Source: Neodothiora populina
Lineage: Eukaryota
Direction: 5' to 3'
Length of the DNA: 64,000 nucleotides
NCBI RefSeq assembly: GCF_041146345.1
Contig: NW_027191405.1
Location: 806,001-870,000, forward strand
The translations under genes were made by a program, and so were the position numbers. The notes beneath the pieces were generated by a model that was given only the letters and a program-made list of their open reading frames with translations, had not been told where the DNA came from and ran no database searches. Positions 38,181 through 51,044 of the stretch are shown one piece after another; position 1 is the first letter of the stretch, and each line of letters begins with the position of its first letter.

Positions 38181-39423
38181 TTGTGGCGGATTCGTAGGCC
38201 CAGATCTCTTGAGCTTGATATGAGTTGATCAGAACATAATCGGATAACACGAAATAGCAATATGCCGACAATGCTTAGCAGGAAATTGCAAGGCCAACGG
38301 TTCACCACCAGGAATGTATGAGAATAAACACAAAAAGTTGAAATGACGACAACGGCCAGCAGTTTGCAACGAGCGATAGATGGAACGGGCCACTATACCC
38401 TTTTTGGACGTATCATAATATCGCAAACATAAACTCCATACCTTTGCTCCATACGAGCTTCACCGCAGCTGAACTACGAGCAAGCAGCGGGCGGCAGACA
38501 ATGCTCGACAATCATGAGGAGTTACGTTCCCTGTGTGAGGATCAATCGGTAAGCTGGGACCATAATGGCATCTTGGTCCGCCTCACACTTCTTCTATTTT
38601 CCTTCTTTCCCGACTCCGTGGAAGCGCGCGATGCGTCATGATGGGAAAATGAGGTGAACTATGGAGTTTTTCTTAGCAGCCATGTCAGAAGAACGGCCAT
38701 CCAATGGTTCGTGCTCTGTCTGTGGCCTCGGGTATCGCAGACTGGGTGCGTTTCAAAGCCTCTCACCACGCAAAACCGCGTCGCGCGTCCCAGGCTCGCC
38801 AGGTTTAAGCCCCTACCGAAGATCCGTGCGTTATGGTATCCGCAACCGTAGCGGCATAGCCTCCATTCGCAGGAGTCCACTTCATCTCCCACGACCGGTA
38901 GACGTGCAATACTACTGTATGGCCAGTAGACTTACTTCTCCTGTAATTCCGAGCTTAGGCGTCGTGAAGACTGCCCATATACTTGTCTCCGCTCTCGCTC
39001 TCTCAGAGGTTGGTCTTCCCTTTTGCTTCTCACATTGTTTACTTCCCGCCCATACCGCTGCTACGTGGATATCTGCAGCTTGTCAATCTATAATCTATTT
39101 GGCGTTCCCACCCCGCCCACATCTCTAGAGTGCGCGCCGCCTCCTGACTCTCGCATCGATAATCCACAACCTATAGTCTTAGCGCTTTGCGACGGATCCA
39201 ACTACTGCTCTGTTCGAGCCTCGACACTCGTTTTCTTTACACGTCCTCCACACATTCCTTTGACAAATTCATACAGATAATCTGTAACTCGTCGCTCCTT
39301 ACAAATGACTTATTAGCGGGAATTTTTGCATCTTTTATTGACATATACACCATTTAACCGTCACTCCTTACGCGGAAAACAAGTATTTATATATTTGCGA
39401 TATATTATTAAATCTGAGCGAAC

Positions 39424-42148
39424 ATGTCCGCCTCGGGACATTTCTTCCACGCTCGCCAGTCGTCAGAGGTCTTATCAGACAAAGTTGTTATTCAGAAGCC
39501 AAGGTCATCTAGATCGTCGAAGCGCGCTGCGCTTTCCGAGAGGTCTCAGTCGGAGATCAACCAAGACCTCAGAGAACACCCTACGATTAGACTTGTGGAT
39601 CATGATTCAAGCTCACCAACAACCGTATATGATCAAACTCCATTTCCCCGCCTTCCTTCACAGGTCTTAAAACCGCCACGGACAACAAAGCATGGATATA
39701 CCATACAAAATGATGGACAATCAACATCGTTGGACGCGAGGATCCGCGACCGAAGTTCGAGTCCAAAGCGATCTTCAAAGCTGTTTCCTCAACTGCATCT
39801 CGGCAAGTCAAATCGCATCTCAACTTCAACGACCACTTCAAACGCCGAGACACTATTCAACGACTCTCTATATTCTCCGACGAACAACAGATTCTCGACT
39901 GAAGGCACTCTCCGCAATACTCCCACGCCAGGTCTACAAGACTGGGAAGAGCGGGACAGGGAGAGAACTAATGCTTTGGAGGCACTCGAGGAGCAGGTGC
40001 AGGAGGGTCCATCCACTATCCGCCCAGTGACGGCATCTTCGGCGACCTCGAGCGCATCTGATCGTGTTGCTAATTTCCGAGAATCGACACATCAAGCCTT
40101 CGACAGATCCATTCATCCTGCTTTTCGACAGAGTGCCCCGATTCAGCAAAGGACGGGGAGACTTTCCTCGATTGAGGATATCGAGACACCTGGAGGCAGC
40201 AGTCCGAAAGATCCCTCTTCAGAGTACTCTCTGCAACATTCGAGTTCGCCGCCGAGTCATACAAGATCAAATTCTTTCAACATCATCAGCTATGCAGCCT
40301 CCGAAGATAGCGAGCCGGTGCAATTTCCGCAACTGCGACCACCCACGGCACTGTCGCAATCTGCAGATAGCTGGACGACGACCGAGTCAGACAGCCTTCC
40401 GCCACTGAATGTTCCGCGAAAGCGACAGCACATGCATTCTGCGTCAGCTGGCCCGTCTATGCATCCAGGCAACCGACCGCTGTCCACGATTGCCTCTGAA
40501 TCCGAACGATCGAGCTGGACACCGACGCGGAACCAGATGAGCTTCAGTTCCGCCGATATGCTACGGGCGAGCTCCCACGGCAGGCATCGACGGGTGCACA
40601 CACTGGGGTCAAGCTCATACCGATCGCGATCTTCCAGCAGAAGTATTGGTCAAGCGCTGAGTGATGTCGAAGACTCCCAGATGGAATTGACTCATTTCAG
40701 CATGATGAGAGCCGAATCCGCCGTGCCAGTGCCGCTTTTCTCAAGCAACAACAACCTACCGGTTTACGAGCTTCCAGCTGTCAGCTCGCCCAAGGAAGCG
40801 TCGGAAGAACAAGACGACACGATAGCTGAGCTCCAAGCTCCTCCATTACGTACGCAACGATCGAACTATGGACTGAACCGCAGACGATCGATATCCGACC
40901 CTCCGCCAGGATCTTCGCGATCGAATCAAACAGGTACAGAGACAACGACTGATCGTACATCGCAAGGTTCCACTATCTTTCCTGCATGGGCACGTCAATT
41001 CTACCGCGGCAGAGCGCAACTTGCGAGTGCGAATGCAAGCAAAGCGAGCCTGTCACGGCCCAACTCCCAGGCCTTTTCGACACGATCTCCAGTGCGCATG
41101 ATGCCATGGATGCACCATCGTCGTTTTGAAAGTGGCTGGGAGTCTTTTGCCACGGGCGACACGGGCTTCACAAATAGCCGTCCAGGGACCGCACGGAGTG
41201 GCGGCAACTCAGTCTATAACTCGTCTCATTTCCTGCCGAGCATCTTTCGACCACAGACACGCCAACGCGCCTACACCGACATCACCGCTGCAAGCAGGAG
41301 CGACGATTACTATGAGGAAGATGTCAGCGAGGTCGGAAGCAGTGGGGAGAGCGTCAGCAGACGCAACAGCATGGAAATCACGCCCGCACCACCACGGCCT
41401 GGCGATACTTACGCTGCACACAGCCCCAGCCCACTCGGGTCCTCGGAGCTGCGACCAGGCAAGCCTCGCGACGCATCCCAGAGCAAGAAACTGAAGAGAA
41501 AGCAACGCCAGAGGGACTACTCCCAACGAGTGACGTCTGCAGCCACGAGAAACACGACGGCGACAGCAACGACAGCCAGCAATGGTCGACCTCAGCTACG
41601 TCCCTTCGAGACAACACCCCGTCTCGCTCCGTCCCGCCGTCTCTCGCACAGCCGCATGTCAGCATGGCGCGCACCTTCCTTCAACGAAGCCCTGTCGACG
41701 CTGATCAAGACTCGTCAAAACCGACAGATCCTGCTCTTCTGTCTTGGCTTCTTGTGTCCAGTTCTCTGGCTGGTGGCCGCTTTCTTGCCCATCCCTCCTC
41801 GCCCACAAATGTATCTCGACGACGACAACGCCGAAGATGCCGAGGCTCAGATGAAGATGGGACAGCAGCAGGGTGGTGGAGACCAAACACAGGGAAGATA
41901 TGGACTCGGTGTGTCGATGGAGGTCTTCGATTGGGAGGCTGAGACGAGATGGTTGAAGGCCAGGTGGTGGAGAAACCTCAACCGCGTGATGAGTTTCGTC
42001 GGGGTCGGGGTCATTGTTGCCATTGTGAGTACTTTCCCAACTTCCAACCCTTGCTCCTTGTTCATGGCTTGCATCACTCTTCAACATGAACAATCCATAT
42101 ACTAATCTGCAACCCCAGATCGTCCTCGCCGTCCTAGCAGCCAAATAA
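39424..42148 (+). CDS. Large Ser/Arg-rich disordered protein with C-terminal transmembrane segments; intron 42025-42118
   Basis: 893-aa ORF; C-terminal RQILLFCLGFLCPVLWLVAAFLPIP and ARWWRNLNRVMSFVGVGVIVAI|IVLAVLAAK*. Confidence 0.8.
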
Positions 42149-43047
42149 GCAATTGCCTGCCTGCCTGCCTGCCTGCCGTCTTTCGAAACCCGCACTCCCC
42201 TTTCGTCTATCACGACATATATACCTCTCTCTCACCTTTTGTTTCCGCCGTCGTCGTCCAAGCGCCACTTTTTCTCATCCTCACGCCCCCTCGCGGAATC
42301 TCCGAATTATTATCTCCAAACATGCGACGATTTTCCTTTTCGTGTTTCGAGATGTGTTTTTTCTCTTTTTGTAAACACATATACCCTTTTGGTTTTTTTC
42401 TTCTATTTCTGCTTGTTTTGTTATATGCGTGTTTTTATGAAAAAGCAAGGTGGAGCGGACCAGCGAGCGAGCGAGCGTGGTCGGTCTGTTGACACTTTTG
42501 TGAGGGGTGGAGGTTTCGTTGGTTGCATTATCATGTTCTGACATGGCGAGACGAGGGGGGCAAATCTTCTGATTTACTGTGATGGGAAAGGCATGAGGTA
42601 CGGGATAAAGGGACTAGACGGGGTATAAAGTGGGCGATGGGGGAAGCAGAAAGAGCAGAAGAAAAAAAGGATATACGACTCTCTGGAACTCAACATGACG
42701 AATGTATCAAGACCTCTCTCTCTATCTCGGTATATGGGGGAGGAGGGGCAAAACGTGGAATCTTGGGGGCCTTTTACTTCCTTGACATTACGAAATTCTA
42801 ATGTATATATGTATACGCACACACCCATCATCATTCTCTCTCTCACGGAGTTCCTTGTTCATGTAATCACTAGAGGCAGGACGAGCGAGCAAGTGTGTCT
42901 TTTCAAGGCATCGGTCATTCGTCCCCTGTTCGCATCAATAGACATGTTTTCATATTGCTACAGTCATGTCCTATAGACACAGTCTTTTCTCAGTCCCATC
43001 TAAAACGGTGGCTGTCTCTTCTGTCGTTCATGATCGATTTGAGTCAT

Positions 43048-45373
43048 TCACAGGGTATTCTCAAGCGCGAGCACGAGAGCGGTCCTAGTGGGAACATAGA
43101 CCTGCAAGAAATTTCTCCTGCCGTTCCAACCGAAAGGGGTGGTGAAGAACCTCGTGTCTTCTTGCACGCGGCTGAGACCGCCGAACTCGGGAGCGTCGGA
43201 GTTGATGACGATCTTGTAGGTGCCCTCTTGCTCGACGCCGACTCTGTAGTCGGAGAAGCTATTGGTCGGGTGGAAGTTGAAGATCCACAATAGGCCGGCT
43301 CGCTCGAAGACGACGACCTTGTCGCCTTCGTGCTTGAGTGAGACGTATGCCTGGTCGCTGTGCAGCCAGCCGTATTTTTCTTCTGTCCACTGCATTTTGC
43401 TGTCGAAGTCTGAGAGAAACCTGTACCTCAGCAATTGGTCGTCGGCCAGGTTGAATTGTCTCCTCGCGTAGTGGAAGGAGTTGTCGTTCCCGGCACGAGG
43501 GAAGTCAAGCCACTCAGGGTGACCGAACTCGTTGCCCTCAAAGTTGAGATAGCCCTCGCCACCGAGACCGTGGGTGATCAGGCGGATCATCTTGTGCAGA
43601 GACAAGCCGCGCTCGATGACAGGAGTCCACGGGCTGAGGTTGGACATGTTTGTGTAGATCTCGGCATCGATCAGCCACATGAGGAGGGACTTGTCTCCAA
43701 CCAGTGCTTGGTCGTGACTCTCGGCATAGGCAATCGTCTTCTCGCCGTGTCGTCGGTTCGTCAGGGTGAAGGTGAGGTTGCCCATGTCCCAGTCAATGTC
43801 TTCCTTCTCCTTGAGCCACTTGATGTACAGGTCGGGGATAGCCATGGCCAGCCTGTAGTCGAATCCTATTCCTCCTAGCGAGAGGGCTATGCACATGGCA
43901 GGCATACCAGACACGTCTTCGGCGATGGTGATGCAGTTGGGGTAGAGCTGGTGAAGCATCTCGTTTGCAAGCATGAGGTAGACGACACCGTCTTCGTCGA
44001 CACCAGGGCCAAAGTATTCGTGGTAGCCGCCGGAGAAGCCCGTTCCAATGCCGTGATGGGTGTAGAGCATGCTGGTGACACCGTCGAAGCGGAAGCCGTC
44101 GAACTTGTATTCCTCCATCCAGAAGTGTAGGTTGCTGAGCAGGAAACGCAGCACCTCGTGGCTGCCGTAGTTGAACAGCCTGCTGTCCCACAGCTCGTGT
44201 CTGCCCTTGGCACCCTCGTGGAAGTATTGGTGGTCACTGCCGTCGAACATGTTGAGACCGTCGAGCACATTCTTAGATGCATGCGAGTGGACGACATCGA
44301 GCAGGACAGTGATTCCCATGCCGTGGGCTGTGTCGACCAACTCTTTCAGGTCGTCGGGGAGCCCGTAGCGACTGCTGGCGGCGAAAAAGCTGTTGATCTG
44401 GTAGCCGAAACTGGCGTAGTAGGCGTGCTCCATGATGGCCATGAGCTGGATCACGTTGTAGCCGAGGTTCTTGATTCTGGGCAGGACGTTCTTGGTGAAC
44501 TCCTTGTAGGTTGTGACTTTGGGATCGGGCGAGGAGATGCCGACGTGTGCTTCGTAGATTCTAGCGCTGAGAGGCTTTGGGGGCCTTGCGTTCTTGAAGA
44601 CGTATTGCTGTTCTTTCGGAGGGTTCCAGAATCTGGCGTCGTAGACTGGCGACACATCCAGGTCTTGCGTCACTCTCTTGATCCAGGCAGGGACTCGTTC
44701 TTGACGTGCGTGATCGTTGGGGACGACCAGCGAAATCTGGCCAAGTGTCAGCGTTTGGTTGTTCCGACGCTATCGCACAGGAAGAGAGACATACTTTGAT
44801 CTTGGAGTCATGGGCGATTGCAGGCTGTCCATTTTGTGCAGGAAGAACAATCTCAAAAACCCCGAAGGAATCTTTCTTCATCTCATGCGAGTCGCGGTTC
44901 CAGTTGTCTGCCTTGAGGTTGGTTTCTGAGTCTGCGTGACTTCTGCATTGGGAACTCACTGAAATCGCCAATGAGGTAGGCTCTCAAAGCGGAAGGAGCC
45001 CATTCTCTGTAGACAATGTCGCCATTCGGTGACACGTTGAATCCGTATTTCTCGTAGCCCTGAAGTAGGTCATCAGTCAAGGACAGCGATATCAAATCGA
45101 TGAGCTTACTTTGCTGAACTTTTCGAGTCCTCCTTCAGTGTCATTGATGGTCTTCATCCATTGCTGAGCTTTGCTGAATCTGTGTTGGAGAGCGCCCTTG
45201 AAGGGCTCCAACCAAGGATCGAGCTTGATCACACCTGGACGATTGATTAATTTCTACGCGCACGTTGAGGTTACGAAAGGACTACGATACTCACCAGTGC
45301 CATCCTCGGGGATATCTGCAGAGGCGGGGTGGCCTTCAAGCAAGTTGTCTGACTTCTGATTGAGGGGATCCAT
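43048..45373 (-). CDS. GLC3: 1,4-alpha-glucan (glycogen) branching enzyme, GH13; introns ~45236-45294, ~45060-45109, ~44908-44959, ~44738-44794
   Basis: [70 protein letters not shown]. Confidence 0.97.
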
Positions 45374-45801
45374 CGTGGGGTGATGGAACGTCAGAAAGCG
45401 AGGAAAGCTGGAGCTGGGTTGTAGAGACTGAACAGCTGCAAGACAGCGACAAGCAGGATGTTCAAGGAGAAACTGGAAAAGGAAGAATGTGCAGTGACAG
45501 CAACAGAGTGGCGATGCAGATAGTGAGCTCTGAGGCAAAGGTGGAATACAGATACAGATATCTTTGTACACTCTGTCTTGTCTTGTCTGGTCTGGTCTCT
45601 CCACACACGCGATCCACAAATCCACAATCCACAAACGAACGAGTTGGGGTTTGACTCTCTCTCCACCCCAGAAAAGCTCCCGCGACGTCATTGCGCATTG
45701 TCGCATCCACTAAATGCGATCCATGCGCATCCCACCACTTGGCTTGTGGCTCACGGCTTGTTCAATGACCTGTCTGTGACTAGTCCATCACCTGTCCATG
45801 A

Positions 45802-45838
45802 CCTTTTCGCCCACCTTTTCGCCCACCTTTTCGCCCAC
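45802..45838. repeat. 12-bp tandem repeat (CCTTTTCGCCCA)x3; a second 11-bp duplication (ATGCAGATCTT)x2 lies at ~45995-46017
   Basis: Directly visible in the GLC3/ClpX divergent intergenic region. Confidence 0.85.
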
Positions 45839-46778
45839 GCTCTGCCTTGCCCGGTAACAGGCCCGGGCCAAAAGCTAATCCCAACCAGGGCAAGAGGCTG
45901 GACTTGTTGTCGGTCTCTGGGGCCCAGATGTGCGTGACGAGCCGTCGTCCATTCTGTGACAGTGTTGAAGTGTTGATAGTGCAGCTCTCGTGTTATGCAG
46001 ATCTTATGCAGATCTTATGTAACGCGTGCCGCTGTGCTGGCTGCGTCTTGCAGGCCGTGAACTTTCCATCGTCGACACTCTGCGATGCTGGGATTGTACG
46101 GATTGTTACCTACGTGCTGCCTTGTTATGGTTATGGAAAGTGGAGAAAGGACAAGCAACCTTGGAGCAGCCTTGTCTCGTCACCTCAAGGTAGGTATGCG
46201 AACAAGGTAAAGGTACTCTGCACTTCACACTGGCCATGTCAAACGTCAAACGAGTGGCCATAGCTCCCACGTATCTGGCGGTCAGACTTCCATGTCTTCT
46301 CCAACACTCGAGAGTATGATTAGTTCCTCACTCAGTAGGGTTCAGCACAGTGCAGTAGACCACAGCACACAGGGCATTTCCCAGTGAGGTACAGTACTGT
46401 ACCGTATCGCACAGTACCGTATCGTACAGTAAGCAGCTGCAGCAGACGGGATACAGAGAGCGCGGCGAGGACGTTGTTATCTCCGATGCAAGCGACTCCG
46501 CGTGTCAAGGTTCAAAGTAGATGGACGGCGGGGAAGTTGATCCCCTTGCAGGCCATCATACTGTACAGTAGACTCACTCATCCTGGGTCGGGCATGCCGT
46601 GCTAATAACTTATTGCTCTCACTATGATCCTGCACCATATATGAACATCTAACACCATCAGCAGCTAACCACAACACCTTCGACACCTTCTGCATCGGGC
46701 AGGTCCTGGTCAGCTACCTACGGTTGATAGCAAGGCAACAATATATACGGAAAAACAGAATTATATCAACCATATATA

Positions 46779-48647
46779 ATGCCTTGTATAACGAATGCGC
46801 CTGTGCGATCTCAGCAGGCTCGTCTCTCCTACATCGGCATATCCACCATTGTTCGCCGCACTTTCTGCGCAACTGCGTGCGTCGCCCAGGAAGGAGGCAG
46901 CGGTCGATATTCCCATACAGACTTCACCTCTGGCTTCACTGGTCTCTACGAGTCAGGTCCCACCCAAGGCCCCCTACGAGACACTTCCAACATCGGGGTT
47001 CCGCGCATCACTCCTCGAGTCCTGAAAGACCACCTCGATCGCTTCGTCGTTGGTCAAGCGAGAGCCAAGAAGGTGCTGAGTGTCGCAGTGTACAATCATT
47101 ACCAGCGCATTCAAGAGCTGCAGAGACGAGACGACGAAGAGGAGGAGCTGCTCGAACAACAGGCACGGCGAGGTTTGCCTTCGAGGCACCCGGTCGAGGA
47201 TGAGTTTCCTGGACAGCAAGCCACGGTCAATGTGTGGCCTCCTCCCTCGACCTCAGCCAGCTCTGGAAAGACCATCGGACCCACCCCGCTGAACGACGAC
47301 TCACCCATGAGCATCGAAAAGTCCAACATCATGCTGCTGGGCCCCAGTGGTGTGGGCAAGACGCTCATGGCCAAGACGCTGGCCAGAGTGCTCGAAGTCC
47401 CCTTCAGCATGTCCGACTGCACCCCTTTCACCCAAGCAGGTTATATCGGCGAGGACGTGGATGTCTGCGTGCAGCGCCTGCTGGCTGCTGCCAACTACGA
47501 CGTCTCCAAAGCCGAGCGGGGCATCATTTGTCTCGACGAGATCGACAAGATCGCAACCGCGAAGGTTTCCCACGGCAAGGACGTCAGCGGCGAAGGCGTG
47601 CAACAGGCTCTTCTCAAGATCGTCGAGGGTACCACACTGCAGATCCACGCCAGAGCAGAACGAGCTGCTCCTGCTCGCACACCCATGCTGACCAACAGTC
47701 CCTTGAATCAGCAGCAACAACAGCCTCCAGGCAAGACGGAGATATACAACGTGCGGACAGACAACATCTTGTTCATCTGCACCGGCGCATTTGTCGGTCT
47801 GCACAAACAGATTCTCGACAGGATAAGTAAAGGAAGCATAGGCTTCGGCGCCAACGTCAGAGCATCCCCGTCCTCATCCGAAGAGACTGGCGCGCACGAC
47901 ACCATGCTGTCAGGGAACGACGAGTTGTTTCAAAAACACCTTCCCTACTACCTCCCCCCACCCCCCACGCCCCCACCGCCACTCCCATCCAACAGCCCCC
48001 AAAAGGACAAAACGCCGAAAAAGACGCCAAGGAAGCCATCAACATACAACACCCTCGACCTCGTCGAACCGCAAGACCTACAGAAATACGGCCTGATCCC
48101 CGAACTGATCGGGCGAATACCGATCTCGTGCGCCCTGTCCGCCCTCGACATCTCCTCCCTCGTCAAAGTCCTGACCGAGCCCCGAAACTCACTAGTAAAA
48201 CAATACGAGCAACTCTTCGCGCTCTCATCGATAGAGTTGCGCGTCACCTCAGCCGCACTGCACGCCATCGCCACGACGGCATCAGCAATGGGCACGGGCG
48301 CGCGCGGCCTCCGCACAGTCATGGAGCGCCTGCTCTCAGACGCCATGTTCGAGACGCCCGGGTCAGCCATCAAGTACGTCGCCGTGACGCAGGCCGTGGC
48401 CACGAGGAAGAGTCCGGCATTCTACTTCACGCGAGACGGCCGCTCGAGGTTTCTGGCGTTAGTGGCGGCAGACGAAGAGGATTGGGCGGAGAAGAGAAGA
48501 CTCGAGAAGGAGTCGGAAGGCGAAGACGAGGAGGACGCAGACGAAGAGTCGGATTCGGAACGCAGGGCCAGGGTCAATTCCCAGGGCGGCGCGGCTACCA
48601 CTTTCGAGGAGTACAGGCAGAAAGCTCACGCTGCGGGATTCACTTGA
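46779..48647 (+). CDS. MCX1: Mitochondrial ClpX AAA+ chaperone (Mcx1)
   Basis: LDRFVVGQARAKKVLSVAVYNHY, KSNIMLLGPSGVGKT (Walker A), TQAGYIGEDV, LDEIDKI (Walker B), DVSGEGVQQALLK, GLIPELIGR, TGARGLR. Confidence 0.95.
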   Translation: MPCITNAPVRSQQARLSYIGISTIVRRTFCATACVAQEGGSGRYSHTDFTSGFTGLYESGPTQGPLRDTSNIGVPRITPRVLKDHLDRFVVGQARAKKVLSVAVYNHYQRIQELQRRDDEEEELLEQQARRGLPSRHPVEDEFPGQQATVNVWPPPSTSASSGKTIGPTPLNDDSPMSIEKSNIMLLGPSGVGKTLMAKTLARVLEVPFSMSDCTPFTQAGYIGEDVDVCVQRLLAAANYDVSKAERGIICLDEIDKIATAKVSHGKDVSGEGVQQALLKIVEGTTLQIHARAERAAPARTPMLTNSPLNQQQQQPPGKTEIYNVRTDNILFICTGAFVGLHKQILDRISKGSIGFGANVRASPSSSEETGAHDTMLSGNDELFQKHLPYYLPPPPTPPPPLPSNSPQKDKTPKKTPRKPSTYNTLDLVEPQDLQKYGLIPELIGRIPISCALSALDISSLVKVLTEPRNSLVKQYEQLFALSSIELRVTSAALHAIATTASAMGTGARGLRTVMERLLSDAMFETPGSAIKYVAVTQAVATRKSPAFYFTRDGRSRFLALVAADEEDWAEKRRLEKESEGEDEEDADEESDSERRARVNSQGGAATTFEEYRQKAHAAGFT

Positions 48648-49211
48648 TCTCCTTTTTCGTTTTCTTTCGCTTGTATCAGAGAGCCTCACCTTTGCTTTCG
48701 CGCCTTGGTGTTCTCCATGTGGAGATTGGCTGAGGAGAAACACGGCTGACGATGGCGATGACGAAACGCAACGTGCAATAGCAGACAAATGATCGCAATT
48801 GGAAAAAGGGAAAGATTGAAATAAGCACATTCGATGATACCGACTCGAAAAATAGCATGATGAGGATCTACCTTGCCTTATTTATCCTTCCCAACAGAAA
48901 GCAGCACTAGGTGTTCAGACAGCTCGAGAGTCTAAAGAGTGAAGAATGGTGTTTAAGGTGGTCTTCATACATTTCTATACGGTACCGTACGCTTTTACTC
49001 CGGAGACTAAAACATGACTTGCCCACCCACCCCCCATGTGGATGGGACCTGCTTGTTTCTTCGTAGTGTTTGCTTGCTTCGTTCTACATGTTTCTTCTTC
49101 TTCTCTCCTTCTCTCCGTATTTCATTTATTGACAATGGTACATTCGTGTAAAGTCTTCAATTCTTTTCCGGTTTCAAGTGTTGTAGCAGCTGGAGGTTGA
49201 TGATGGTAAAA

Positions 49212-50179
49212 TCAAGGAGCTTTTGCGTCGGACTTCTTGGTGTCGCCGTGCTCTGGGTCTGAGTGAGGCTTGACCTTCTTGCCCTTTTCCGTCTGGTCGG
49301 CTTCTTCTCGTGCCTTGACGGCTGCTTCTCTCTGCTTGATGCGCTCTTCTTCCGCGGCGACCATGTCTGTTTTTTCGTTTTGTTCAGCATCAATTGTGTT
49401 TTGGGGAGGGGAAAGATAGAAAAGATAGAAAAGAAACGTACCCATCCATTGGTCCTCGCCGGCATATCTCTCGTGATGGATCTTCTTCTCGATGACGTGC
49501 TTGTGAGTAGGGTCGTTGGGATCGAGCACCTTGACCGTCTCCCACCGTCCAGCGCCAGACTGCTGGTCCTTGGCCTCCAACGCCACACTGGCAATGACGA
49601 CCGCCATGGTCAACCCTTGCGCATACACACGAGCCTGCACCAGCTTCTGCGCTCCGGAGAGATACGGGTTCCTGCCGACGAGCGCAAACGCAGTGACCAT
49701 GGACGCGACCCAGGATCCGAAGACGATGCTGTATCTGTTCTCCTGGCCCCAGTCCTTGAGTCTCTGAGAGGTGGGCTTCTGCGCCTCGAGCTGCTGCTGG
49801 ATCGTCGTCGACGAATCGACGAACTGCTTCTCCGGGTTGCGGGCGGCCTCGTAGGCGCGCGAGTATTTGTCTGCGGAAATGATGGCGCTGAAGGTTCCCG
49901 AACTGGTGATCAGGAAGGCCCGGAAGGGCACCGACAGACTGCGGAAGGCTGGGTATCTTCTGCTCGCTAGCGCTACTCCGAGCGCGCCCACTGCGAGACC
50001 GCCGAGTCCGCCCATGGTACCGCCCTTGACGGTGGCACTGGAGGAATGTCAGATTGGAATCTTGTGAATGCATTCGTAACCAAGACAGTGTGCGAGCCGT
50101 CACATGTCAGCGGCGAGGCGGAAATGGGTTTTACTTACTTGTAGTGCTCTTGCTCTTCTTCCTTGGTAAGGATCTTCAT
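49212..50179 (-). CDS. RCF2: Respiratory supercomplex factor Rcf2 (HIG1 domain); introns 50038-50138, 49367-49441
   Basis: MKILTKEEEQEHYN|ATVKGG; ENRYSIVFGSWVASM; QKLVQARVYAQGLT; HHERYAGEDQWM|DMVAAEE. Confidence 0.92.
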
Positions 50180-51044
50180 GATTTGTATAGTGCAAGTTGT
50201 GTATTAAAGGTAAAATATGATATGCACAAAGTGGTCGAGGTCAATGGCAAGTTATGTGTGAAGCGTCTATGATAAAAGAAGAGGGTGTTGATGACGATAT
50301 ACACACAAGAACACAGTCAGGCCCGAAAGAAAGACCGAGGAGATGCTGCGGCAAGTCAAGGTGATAGAATGGAGAAAGATAGAGGAGATCGATTGCGAGG
50401 AAAGGGCACACATGCACACGATGACCTCGATATATGTACTGTACAACAATCACACTAGGTATAAGAGAATCTTCGATTCCACCTTGCCCTTTTAGCAATA
50501 ATACAAGTACAACGACCCTGACTATTGTCTACTTTCTGCTGTCACTGGCCTGACCATCCGGTCAATTCTTCTCTCAAACGTCACCGATCCTACACTTTTG
50601 GTCCAAGCTCCATGGCAACTGTCGGACACGCTCCCTGCTTCCCGAGTCGACTTTGTAATCGGCGACTTTATTCCCGCAGACTTCCGAGTTGTCGCCTGAG
50701 CGTCGCCGAAGGTTGTGCGAGAAAACTGTACTGTACTAGTAGTAGGGTCCTGCCGTACAGTACAGGATTTTGTAGATGCTTGGTGGAGACCGGGGTAGGA
50801 ATCGGTGGGTTCCGTCTGAACAACGACTCAGGGCTTTGCGATTACCGTACTGCAATGTACCTTTTCGCACAGTACAGTACAGTATCTCAAATGCACCGTA
50901 CCGATACCTCCTAGCTTCCTCAGGGATTCCTTGGCCCCGGTAATAATGATCAAAAGCCAAAAAACTTAATAGGGGTGGCTTATTTACACAGAGGAAAATT
51001 AAGGAAGCCGAGTTGATTCTCGCCCATAACGACATAACGACATC

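Noticed and set aside
38661..39128. 155-aa ATG-initiated ORF in the RCE1/Ser-rich gene divergent region
   Set aside because: No recognisable homology or codon bias; likely promoter or UTR sequence.
45802..45838. Short direct repeats as a CRISPR-like array
   Set aside because: Head-to-tail 12-mers with no spacers in a eukaryotic promoter; an ordinary minisatellite.
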